The notes beneath the pieces were generated by a model that was not told where the DNA came from, searched no databases, and worked only from the letters and a program-made list of their open reading frames with translations. From assembly GCA_027078545.1 (NCBI GenBank), contig JALWXN010000004.1, forward strand, positions 142,737-206,736: 64,000 nt of DNA, in the 5' to 3' direction. Positions 49,968-59,337 of this stretch are shown piece after piece (the stretch's first letter is position 1; every line of letters starts with the position of its first letter). A program made the position numbers and the translations under genes. Origin of the DNA: Nitrososphaeria archaeon. GTDB taxonomy: Archaea > Thermoproteota > Nitrososphaeria > Geothermarchaeales > JDFR-13.

Positions 49968-51068
49968 GTGTATAAGCAAGGTATTCCCCTAATACTTATA
50001 GCAATACTCGTAACCGGGTTAACTCCCATCCAGGCCGTGTCGATTGATGATGATCCTCCCGTAAGGGTGTTGCTGAAGTATATTGATGAGGGCTTCACCC
50101 ATATAGGGGATGGGGTCTATGTCATCGACTACATGGAATATCTAAAGCCTCGTAACAGGACTGTATTAGTAAATGGCGAGAAGCTCCCCCGCGAAGCGGA
50201 GGAGTTCATGAGTAACCACGTACTGAATTCCCAGATCATGAAGATGTATGAAAAATACGTGTCTAGCATAAAGTCCCTAGTGGTCACGGCCCTCGAGATC
50301 GAGCAGAGCGTCACCGTGATACCCACGATACACCACTACAACGAGAAGAAGGATATAGTCCTCCTGAGATACCGTATAAACCTCTTCATGGACGACAAGT
50401 ATAGAGACTTTGTAGAGGCCAAGATAAAGGAGCTCTACCCAGTCCTGATCAGACACTTCAGGGCATGGTCGTCAAAGGCAGCTGAACAGTTCTACTACAT
50501 GACGGGGATAGACATCAGCGGCGAGTATAGGAACGAGACCATCATAGTCCTCATAGCAGACATGAAGACGGAGCCCCACTACATAGTGGGGAGGGAGGTA
50601 TATATCCCCAAGGGCTCCAGAGTAGTCGAGGACCCGATCAACGTCACCCACCTAAAAGAGGTGCTGAGAGACGCCATGAATAGATGGCCAGAGCTGGTGG
50701 GCCATGACTACTCATTCGGAATACTCAGGATATTCCTCACAGCATACGACAACCCCCCAACAGAGGAGATACTGGCGAAGGCAACCATGCTGAGGAGGGA
50801 GATACTGGGGAGGGACGACCTACCCATACAGGTAGTCCTCTTCAGAAAAATTCGCATCACCGACATAGAGATAGCCCCATACAGACCAGCAGAGACATCG
50901 CTACAGCCCCCCACAGACCCTGAGACCCAGCCCCAAACCCAGGAACAGCAAGACCCAGCGGCCGAGGAAGACCCGAGCCCAATCACCGCCATAGCCATAA
51001 CAGCCACCACAGCCACGATACTAGCAGCACTAACCCACATACTGAGACGCATCAGGAGAACAGGGTAG
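49968..51068 (+). CDS. secreted surface protein with Pro/Thr/Gln-rich linker and C-terminal membrane anchor
   Basis: N-terminal signal peptide; 'PPTDPETQPQTQEQQDPAAEEDPSP' linker then 'ITAIAITATTATILAALTHILRRIRRTG'. Confidence 0.5.
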   Translation: MYKQGIPLILIAILVTGLTPIQAVSIDDDPPVRVLLKYIDEGFTHIGDGVYVIDYMEYLKPRNRTVLVNGEKLPREAEEFMSNHVLNSQIMKMYEKYVSSIKSLVVTALEIEQSVTVIPTIHHYNEKKDIVLLRYRINLFMDDKYRDFVEAKIKELYPVLIRHFRAWSSKAAEQFYYMTGIDISGEYRNETIIVLIADMKTEPHYIVGREVYIPKGSRVVEDPINVTHLKEVLRDAMNRWPELVGHDYSFGILRIFLTAYDNPPTEEILAKATMLRREILGRDDLPIQVVLFRKIRITDIEIAPYRPAETSLQPPTDPETQPQTQEQQDPAAEEDPSPITAIAITATTATILAALTHILRRIRRTG

Positions 51069-51104
51069 GAGCCAAGAACCAGCCGGACAACCCCCCACTA
51101 AACA

Positions 51105-51125
51105 AGGTAAAACTTATATACCCAC
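51105..51125 (+). promoter_or_regulatory. candidate BRE/TATA box of the 16S rRNA promoter
   Basis: 'AAGGTAAAACTTATATA' about 200 nt upstream of the mature 16S 5' end. Confidence 0.3.
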
Positions 51126-51263
51126 CCCCATAAACATAAAGATGGAACACCAGTCCGTGTGGCGGTATCCAGGCGACAGAGGCGCCCGCCTCGAATGACC
51201 CCTGGATCTCCACACACGGACACACCACCAGATGTCGGTCCAACCGAGGAAAAGATGGTTGGG

Positions 51264-51303
51264 CCGGAGGAGGGACACGCACAGACAACCCACCAACCCC
51301 CCG
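51264..51303 (+). other. 16S pre-rRNA processing stem, 5' strand
   Basis: CCGGAGGAGGGACAC and CAACCCACCAACCCCCC are exact reverse complements of 52866-52880 and 52841-52857. Confidence 0.8.
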
Positions 51304-51325
51304 CACAGGCTATACTCCCCGCCAA

Positions 51326-52824
<1,499 letters not shown>

Positions 52825-52840
52825 AGGTGTTCTGGGTGGT

Positions 52841-52880
52841 GGGGGGTTGGTGGGTTGGTGTTGGGTGTCCCTCCTCCGGT
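52841..52880 (+). other. 16S pre-rRNA processing stem, 3' strand
   Basis: GGGGGGTTGGTGGGTTG ... GTGTCCCTCCTCCGG pairs with the leader. Confidence 0.8.
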
Positions 52881-53300
52881 TTTGTTATGTTGTTTGTTGT
52901 GCTATTGTTTTGATTGTTGTTTCTAGGTGTTTGTTGAGTTGTTGTGTTGTTTTTGGTGGGTTGGTTGTTTCTATTCTGTTTTTTCGGGTTTGTTTGTAGT
53001 TGTGGGGTTTTAGTGTTTTTTTGAGTTTTTGTAGGGTTTTTTGTTTGTTGGTTTCGATTCTTATTATGTATCCTTGTGGTTCGTCGTAGATCATTAGGGT
53101 TATGTGTGTGTCTGGCTGGGGTTTGTAGTGTGCCTCTATTTGTGGCCATCCCCAGTTCTGTGTTGATTCTAGGATTGGTGGTAGGTTGTTTTTGAGTGAT
53201 TCTTCGAGTATTTTTCGGGCTATGTCTAGGTATGTCCTCATCTTCTCCCTCTTTGTTTGTTGGCGTGGGCGGGTGTGTCTTGTTATTCGTTCTTGTGTTA
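52881..53300. repeat. extreme strand-asymmetric low-complexity tract (plus strand G+T rich, almost no A, few C; degenerate TTG/GTTT-like repeats)
   Basis: Direct reading, e.g. 'gttttgttatgttgtttgttgtgctattgttttgattgttgtttctaggtgtttgttgagttgttgtgttgttttt'. Confidence 0.8.
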
Positions 53301-53820
53301 CTTGTTTGAGTGTGTCTATTCCTTGTCTGACTAGGTTTTTTATGTGGGTTGTGTCGAGGGTTTCTAGTCTGTATCTGAGGATGGTGAATGCTACTCCGTC
53401 TGGGTGGATCTGTTCCTCTATGTCTAGTCCTTGTTGCCGTAGCTTCTCCGCGTTTTTTCTGCGTATGTGGTGGTATTTGAAGGCTTCTGGGTATTTCTGC
53501 ATTAGTTGTTGTAGGAATTCTCCTTTCCATGCTCCTTCCATTGGTTTTACTTCTTCCCATTCCTGGTCTAGGTCGAAGAGGATTGTTTCGAAGATCTTCT
53601 CTTTTGGTGTCTCGAGGGCTAGGATCATGTTGTCCATGTCTATCCAGATGGCTTCTATGGAGTAGTCCTCGATCAGGCTTACGGTTACTGATCGGTGGTC
53701 TATGGCTGTGGCTATCTCTGGGGGTATGGTCTCGTCCTCTAGTACTAGCTCGGTTATGACCCTCATCAGGTCGTATGCCTTTGTTAGGCTCCTCATAACT
53801 CCCCCCTCTTCTCCTCCCAA
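52885..53820 (-). CDS. hypothetical protein, paralog of 54557..55486; the C-terminal third is a Q/T/K/N/P low-complexity tail encoded by the T-depleted strand (possibly decaying)
   Basis: Shared 'YPEAF(K/R)...LR(Y/L)RL' segment with the 309-aa ORF; the tail lies in the tract where stop codons cannot occur. Confidence 0.4.
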   Translation of the reverse strand: MGGEEGGVMRSLTKAYDLMRVITELVLEDETIPPEIATAIDHRSVTVSLIEDYSIEAIWIDMDNMILALETPKEKIFETILFDLDQEWEEVKPMEGAWKGEFLQQLMQKYPEAFKYHHIRRKNAEKLRQQGLDIEEQIHPDGVAFTILRYRLETLDTTHIKNLVRQGIDTLKQVTQERITRHTRPRQQTKREKMRTYLDIARKILEESLKNNLPPILESTQNWGWPQIEAHYKPQPDTHITLMIYDEPQGYIIRIETNKQKTLQKLKKTLKPHNYKQTRKNRIETTNPPKTTQQLNKHLETTIKTIAQQTT

Positions 53821-53929
53821 TGTAAGATGTAATCTTGGGGTATGGCTGTTTTAACTTATTTCTTGACTAGGTTATCTGTGTCTGGAGAGTGTATTGGTTA
53901 AATTTTGATTTAGATATCTATTTTTTGGA

Positions 53930-54595
53930 ATGAGGCTTGCTTTACTGTCTCTCGCTTTGGGAGCCATATTTCTATATGTTGTCCTTAGTTATCCTCTGGT
54001 CTATCCTCTAGCTGAAAAAGATGGTAGAAGGGTATGTCTCGACTTAGAGGCGCTGGAGATAGATATGACGATTATCGTTGTTGGTGAGACTAGTGCCTAT
54101 GTAGATGGGGTTATAGAGGTGTATATAGATAGGGGTATGGGGGTTGTACGTCTAGAGCCTGATGATCTAGATGATTTTGACTGGATGGAGGTTGATGGGC
54201 TCGGCATAGTCGTGTTCTATGGCGATTGGCTGGCCAGCCATGTGTCAGACCCGAGGATAGCAGGCTTTATTGCTGAAATCGAGTTTGATAGGATAGGTCT
54301 TGTAGCGATCGATGGCAATACATCTAGCCTCTTTACCCTTCTGGATATGGTGGGTATCTATAAACTTGTACAAGAGGGTGGTGTAAAGTGGAACCCTGCA
54401 TATTCAAATCCTCATGTGGTGGGGTATATGCATCTTGAGGGGGTGATGCCTAATGGAAGCATATACTACTTCCCCTCGATCTTAATGTCGAATAGTAGGC
54501 TTGAGATAGATGCGGCTATCGCGATTGCCAATTGGATGGCTGGTGAAGACTACGAGTCAGAGCTGGACTGTGAATGGGTCCAGCTCCCGGGGTAG
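53930..54595 (+). CDS. secreted/membrane-anchored hypothetical protein
   Basis: N-terminal hydrophobic 'LALLSLALGAIFLYVVLSY'. Confidence 0.4.
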   Translation: MRLALLSLALGAIFLYVVLSYPLVYPLAEKDGRRVCLDLEALEIDMTIIVVGETSAYVDGVIEVYIDRGMGVVRLEPDDLDDFDWMEVDGLGIVVFYGDWLASHVSDPRIAGFIAEIEFDRIGLVAIDGNTSSLFTLLDMVGIYKLVQEGGVKWNPAYSNPHVVGYMHLEGVMPNGSIYYFPSILMSNSRLEIDAAIAIANWMAGEDYESELDCEWVQLPG

Positions 54596-55486
54596 TGTAT
54601 CCCTAATCCACTGCCTCAGTCTTAGTGTTCCTATGAATACTTCTCTGTATAGTAGCTTCTCTGTATGGAGTGTCTCTTTATACCTGCCCGTCTCTAGTAG
54701 TTCCCGGCGTTTCTCGGGTGTCGCGGGCCTCATCACTACATGGTATTTATGGCTGTCCATCTCTATCTCTAGGGCTTTGACCAGCCTGCTCTTCTCCGTT
54801 CTGATATGGATCGCCGTGGGGGTCAGGTTGGATAGGTATACTGCCTGGGGTGTCTCGCCGATCCTGAGTAGGCTCTTCAGAGCAGTCTTCGCGGTCTCGT
54901 ATAGCTCGTCTGTCGTCCTGGTCTCCCCCCTCCTATAGTAGGGATCGGCGGCGTCTCGATCCCTACCCATCTCCCTACACCATCTCTGGAATGCCTCGGT
55001 GGCCTCCCTTGTCCTTGCGAGTATCTCGCCCGGCCCCCACCTGGCTATACGGAGCTTTAGCCTCGTATATGTATAGCTGTTCCGATCCACAATCGTCTCC
55101 AGCCTAATATTCATCTCCCTCGAGACTTTCTGAGCCGCCTCACGGGACATATCTAGATGTCTGAAGGCCTCGGGATACCTCTCCCTAAGGCTCTCTAGGG
55201 TGCTGGGGCTACTCCAGTCATCCACGTCCGAGAACTCGTCCTCCGCCCCGGGGTATAGCTGGGCTATCATCTCGGCTAGCTCATAGCCACCGCTCCTCGC
55301 CTCTAGCAGCCTGCCCTGCCGCCTAAGCTCCAGCTCCTCCAGCCTATCATCATCTAGGGTGATGAGGACCCTCCCCTCGTTTATGGATATGGAATAGTAT
55401 GGGGCGAATATCGTCTCCCCGATTAGGTGCTTGGCGGCCAGATACGACATATCCAGGTTCTCCCGGATCTTCCCATGTCTAGTCAT
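54557..55486 (-). CDS. hypothetical protein, last gene of the TGT-like operon
   Basis: Start overlaps the stop of the upstream 408-aa gene by 8 nt. Confidence 0.45.
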   Translation of the reverse strand: MTRHGKIRENLDMSYLAAKHLIGETIFAPYYSISINEGRVLITLDDDRLEELELRRQGRLLEARSGGYELAEMIAQLYPGAEDEFSDVDDWSSPSTLESLRERYPEAFRHLDMSREAAQKVSREMNIRLETIVDRNSYTYTRLKLRIARWGPGEILARTREATEAFQRWCREMGRDRDAADPYYRRGETRTTDELYETAKTALKSLLRIGETPQAVYLSNLTPTAIHIRTEKSRLVKALEIEMDSHKYHVVMRPATPEKRRELLETGRYKETLHTEKLLYREVFIGTLRLRQWIRDTLPRELDPFTVQL

Positions 55487-56705
55487 CTCGATCCCTCCAA
55501 AGGATTATGTATCCCTTATTACTCCTATGGTCGTAGCCAATTATTACGACAATTCTGGATAGTTTTTCCACCCGCCGATTCAGTAGGTCCTTTCCAACTA
55601 CTCGTGTCAGCAGATCATAGTATTCACTGACTTGTTTAACGGCATTCTTTAAGGATCTCCTCCCTTCCCTTTCTTCAAACCTATACTTTATCTCTGCTAC
55701 ATACATCTCATTCTCGATAAATCCTATTATATCGGGTCTGCGATTAGCGAGGATCTCCCTTAATACATCTTTATAGGGATCGTGTTTAGTGGGCTCAACA
55801 TACACTTCACGTATTCCGATGCTGTACAGGAAATTGATGGCTAAACTCTTCCCCAGGACGTCTCTTTTAGTCATGAACCCATCATTCCTTCCTTCTAGAC
55901 GGTCTTTATGACTCTCCCTCATTATGGTGTCGGCTAGACTTCTAAGATTTTCATCCCTTATCCTGTATGTATACCTCTCTACTTCCAAGCCCGCTATTCT
56001 GGTTTTCTCTTTTTCGAGTATCTCCAACGAATCCGAAATAGGTTTAAAAAGCTTCTTCTTAACATTCTTCTCGACGTCAAGAGACGTCTTCTTAAGCTTC
56101 TTTCCATGTCTGTAGTATAGATCGATGCTATATAGGGAGCTCTCTAACTTCTCGACTCTGTAAACTGCTGGTCTAGATCCTCGCCTAGGTTCTACTATCC
56201 ATAAATTAGCTTTTCCAAGTTTCATCTGAAACTTGAGTGTTACTACTTGACCTGCACGTGTTTTGCTGGGATACTCAGCTAGTAGTGCCACTCCACATCC
56301 TCTCTCCTTTTCATAGCTCCATCTCTCAGTGGATAGATATACGTCTCCCATCTTGACTACTATCTGGTTTATGTTGATGCTTAGAACTATTGGTAAGGTT
56401 TTCCTTATCGCTTCGTTAAAGTCTTTTATAAAATTGTAGACGTTGAAGGGTTTGATATTTACCCAATATTCCCCAGGCTTAAGGCCGCTAAACATTATTT
56501 CCTTCTCTTTCTCGCCCCCAAGGTGTCTCCAGTAGTAGATATACTGTTCTCCATCGTGGATCTCTAATTTGAAGACATCTGTACCCAGCATGTCGCGGGC
56601 ATATTCAAATGTCAGACCGTGAATAACCAGTGTAGGGTATTTACCTCTCCTAATGACCGCGTTTGCAAGTATCTCAATGGACTCAGGCCTTATAGTTTCT
56701 CCCAC
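55479..56705 (-). CDS. hypothetical protein with C-terminal PD-(D/E)xK nuclease-like motif
   Basis: 'EVYVEPTKHD...RRPDIIGFIENEMYVAEIKYR' (D325...E338.K340). Confidence 0.5.
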   Translation of the reverse strand: MGETIRPESIEILANAVIRRGKYPTLVIHGLTFEYARDMLGTDVFKLEIHDGEQYIYYWRHLGGEKEKEIMFSGLKPGEYWVNIKPFNVYNFIKDFNEAIRKTLPIVLSININQIVVKMGDVYLSTERWSYEKERGCGVALLAEYPSKTRAGQVVTLKFQMKLGKANLWIVEPRRGSRPAVYRVEKLESSLYSIDLYYRHGKKLKKTSLDVEKNVKKKLFKPISDSLEILEKEKTRIAGLEVERYTYRIRDENLRSLADTIMRESHKDRLEGRNDGFMTKRDVLGKSLAINFLYSIGIREVYVEPTKHDPYKDVLREILANRRPDIIGFIENEMYVAEIKYRFEEREGRRSLKNAVKQVSEYYDLLTRVVGKDLLNRRVEKLSRIVVIIGYDHRSNKGYIILWRDRDD

Positions 56706-56708
56706 GGT

Positions 56709-58301
56709 TTACACACCGTGTTCCTTAGATTTTCCAAATAGTTGGAATGGATTTACACCCTCTAGGATCTCCACTTCTCCGCTATGGGTGATGTATACTC
56801 CTCCGGGTCTTAGTAGTCTGGCTGGTTCTCTGTAGGATCCCCACCTCCCAGGCGTGGCTATCCTCCTCTCCCTGTCTATGTAGGGCTCTTCGATATAGTC
56901 TGTTACTAGCCATCCATCCTCACCTATCCCCCTGCCTAGATCCTCGATGGCCGCCTCCCTGGGTTTTCCACTGGGGCCTAGAAGCCTAATAGTCACGTCG
57001 AAGCCTCCTCCCCAGGTCTCCTTCCTTATGGTCATGGATCCCCATCTAGCTGTTAGGACTAGTCTGGTGACTAGTTCTCTAACCTGGGCTTCACCCTGGT
57101 CAGGACTCTCCTCTACTAGGTCTATACCCCTGTATAGGAGGCTGTCGAGTAGGCGGCCTATGTTGGCCCTGCCTGGCGGCATGTCCCATACCAGGATTAT
57201 CCTGGTGTCCCGATGTGTATCTATCCATGCTCTAAACTCTTCCAGCACTTGTATGGATATCCGGCTGGTGTCGAATACCCGGCCCGTCAGGACTAGGTAT
57301 CTAGGCCTATGCTCACCAGCCATCTTGAGGCCCAGTCTCCATAGGCTGTGCCTCCCACCTATCATGAGGTCGTTTAGTATCAAGAGGTCGTCATACGTCT
57401 CTAGGATGAGGTCGTATCTCTCCACCCTGTAGTCCCTACTCTCCTCCCCAGCGTAGTGCCTAATCAGTTCACGGCTTATCATGAGGTTGTGGAGGGATAT
57501 GTACCGCCTCTCCCTCCTGAGCCTAGGCCCCGTGGCCAGGCACACATCGCAGTTACAGTGGTAGAACCCCCTCCTAATGTCTATGGCCTCGCCCAGCCCT
57601 CCATACACCGTCATCCTAGTGGCGTCGATAAACCATGAGTATCCAGCCAGCCTTATCCTCTCCGGATCCAGAGCCATCAGGTCGGGGATGTGCCTAGGCC
57701 CGGCCCCACCAAGTACCAACACCTCCTTGAATGGGTATTCGAGGATGAGCTCTAGGAGGTGCTTCAGATATTCATGGGTGTATCTGATGCCTGCTAGCCC
57801 AGCCCTCCTGAGGTAGGGCTCTATATACTGGTTTGTGGATAGGTAGGGAGACGCATGTATAGCCACGGTCTCGAAGCCCAGCTCAGCCAGCCTCTCACAT
57901 GCATATCTCTTATGCTCGGGGTAAGCCCCCTTTACAAGGGGTATTATGTTGAACCTCCCCCTAAGCCTCTCCACCACCTCTAGAGACTTCAATGTGTTTC
58001 GCCAGCTGGCCTCCTCATCGTCTAGATATGTGGGGGTGTCCCAGGCTATTATATAGTCGAAGCCATGCTCCGAGGCGAATCCTAGGAAGTCTTGTAGCGT
58101 CTCCTCCCTCTCCAGATACTCGTCAGGCATGATGCTTGAGAGTATCAGCTTTATACCGGGGTTGGCCTCCCTAATAAGACGTATATCCTCCGGGCTTATC
58201 ACCACCTCGTAGTATGGTAGGACTGCATATCCAAAGTGGTGGGCCGCCTCGGCGAAGATCCTCAACGCGTCTCTACCGACTATGGGGATGAAGTGGTCCA
58301 T
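56709..58301 (-). CDS. divergent tRNA-guanine-transglycosylase-family protein (DpdA/ArcTGT-like) with extra ~230-aa C-terminal domain
   Basis: Zn subdomain 'YHCNCDVC...(x19)...ISLHNLM', 'VLVLGGAGPRHIPDL' resembling the TGT 'LFGAGHP' region. Confidence 0.6.
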   Translation of the reverse strand: MDHFIPIVGRDALRIFAEAAHHFGYAVLPYYEVVISPEDIRLIREANPGIKLILSSIMPDEYLEREETLQDFLGFASEHGFDYIIAWDTPTYLDDEEASWRNTLKSLEVVERLRGRFNIIPLVKGAYPEHKRYACERLAELGFETVAIHASPYLSTNQYIEPYLRRAGLAGIRYTHEYLKHLLELILEYPFKEVLVLGGAGPRHIPDLMALDPERIRLAGYSWFIDATRMTVYGGLGEAIDIRRGFYHCNCDVCLATGPRLRRERRYISLHNLMISRELIRHYAGEESRDYRVERYDLILETYDDLLILNDLMIGGRHSLWRLGLKMAGEHRPRYLVLTGRVFDTSRISIQVLEEFRAWIDTHRDTRIILVWDMPPGRANIGRLLDSLLYRGIDLVEESPDQGEAQVRELVTRLVLTARWGSMTIRKETWGGGFDVTIRLLGPSGKPREAAIEDLGRGIGEDGWLVTDYIEEPYIDRERRIATPGRWGSYREPARLLRPGGVYITHSGEVEILEGVNPFQLFGKSKEHGV

Positions 58302-58453
58302 TCCACTTAATACTATGGCCTCGTGAGAGATTCATATCCTCGGCGTTTCTGCAACACCCCTAGACTGGTGAAACTGTTCATGAATCAGCCTAGTATCCGG
58401 GTCTCCACACTATTTATTTCTGGATCTACCCATGTATACCTTGGTGTACCAAT

Positions 58454-58705
58454 GTGCTGGTAACGGTGTCTATAAAGGTTAGGAGGGAGGTCGTGGATCT
58501 GGCTGATAAGATGGTCCGCCTCGGCCTGGCTAGGAGTAGGTCCCACGCCTTCAACAGGATGATTGAGAAGGGTCTGGATAAGATTCGGGAGGAGGTGGGC
58601 TTCTGGGAGGATACGCTCATTAGGCTTGAGGATCTCTCCAGATCTGGTTATAGGATCAGGCATGGAGGCCTCTCGAGGCTTTTGGTGGAGGGTAGGAGCA
58701 GGTGA
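58454..58705 (+). CDS. vapB: VapB-like ribbon-helix-helix antitoxin
   Basis: 'VSIKVRREVVDLADKMVRLGLARSRSHAFNRMIEKG'; 4-nt overlap with vapC. Confidence 0.6.
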   Translation: MLVTVSIKVRREVVDLADKMVRLGLARSRSHAFNRMIEKGLDKIREEVGFWEDTLIRLEDLSRSGYRIRHGGLSRLLVEGRSR

Positions 58706-59103
58706 TATGTCTAGACACAGATATAATTATCTCCTACCTCGACGAGCTGGATCCTAACCATCAAACAGCTGTGGAGCTCCTATCAGGGATACGTGGCAGG
58801 AGAGTGGTGAGCTGGTTGACCATAGTCGAGCTATCCAGCGTCTATTCACGGGCGGGTATGGAGTCTCCAGCAGCGCTGGCCCTATACTCCATCGAGAAGG
58901 TAGGAGCCGAGCTGGTCGACCTAGACATGGAGACGGTCATTAGGGAGGCCCTCAAACTATCCAGCCGGCTACGCCTTAAGACACTCGACCTGCTACACAT
59001 ATCTGCCTCCCTACAGGCCGGGTGTAGGTTCTTCATGACGCTGGACAAGGAGATTAGGAAGGCGTCTGATGAGATTGGGAAGATGGGGATTAGGATAATA
59101 TGA
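58702..59103 (+). CDS. vapC: VapC PIN-domain toxin
   Basis: 'CLDTDIII', 'TLDLLHISAS', C-terminal acidic residue. Confidence 0.8.
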   Translation: MICLDTDIIISYLDELDPNHQTAVELLSGIRGRRVVSWLTIVELSSVYSRAGMESPAALALYSIEKVGAELVDLDMETVIREALKLSSRLRLKTLDLLHISASLQAGCRFFMTLDKEIRKASDEIGKMGIRII

Positions 59104-59215
59104 ACTCGTGTAAGGCTTGCTGACTACTCCTCATGGTTTGGGGGACTGGGTTCTCGGCGCCAGAATATGTGGATAAGAGATTTATTAGAGATGTGTGGAT
59201 TATAGACAGTTGGAT

Positions 59216-59292
59216 GGGCCCGTAGCTCAGCCTGGCGGAGCACCGGGCTCATAACCCGGGGGTCGTGGGTTCAAATCCCACCGGGCCCACCA
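59216..59292 (+). tRNA. tRNA with CAU anticodon; the acceptor stem is identical to tRNA-Ile(GAU), so probably tRNA-Ile2 (agmatidine) rather than tRNA-Met
   Basis: GGGCCCG/CGGGCCC acceptor, anticodon arm CCGGG-CTCATAA-CCCGG, CCA encoded, no intron. Confidence 0.85.
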
Positions 59293-59337
59293 GGGATATC
59301 TACATATCTCCCTTGGCTGTGAATAGTTTTCCTGGCT

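Noticed and set aside
54510-54938. 142-aa plus-strand ORF overlapping the 3' end of the secreted-protein gene and the 309-aa gene
   Set aside because: It is Ser/Leu-rich and antisense to the operon's last gene, so it is most likely spurious.
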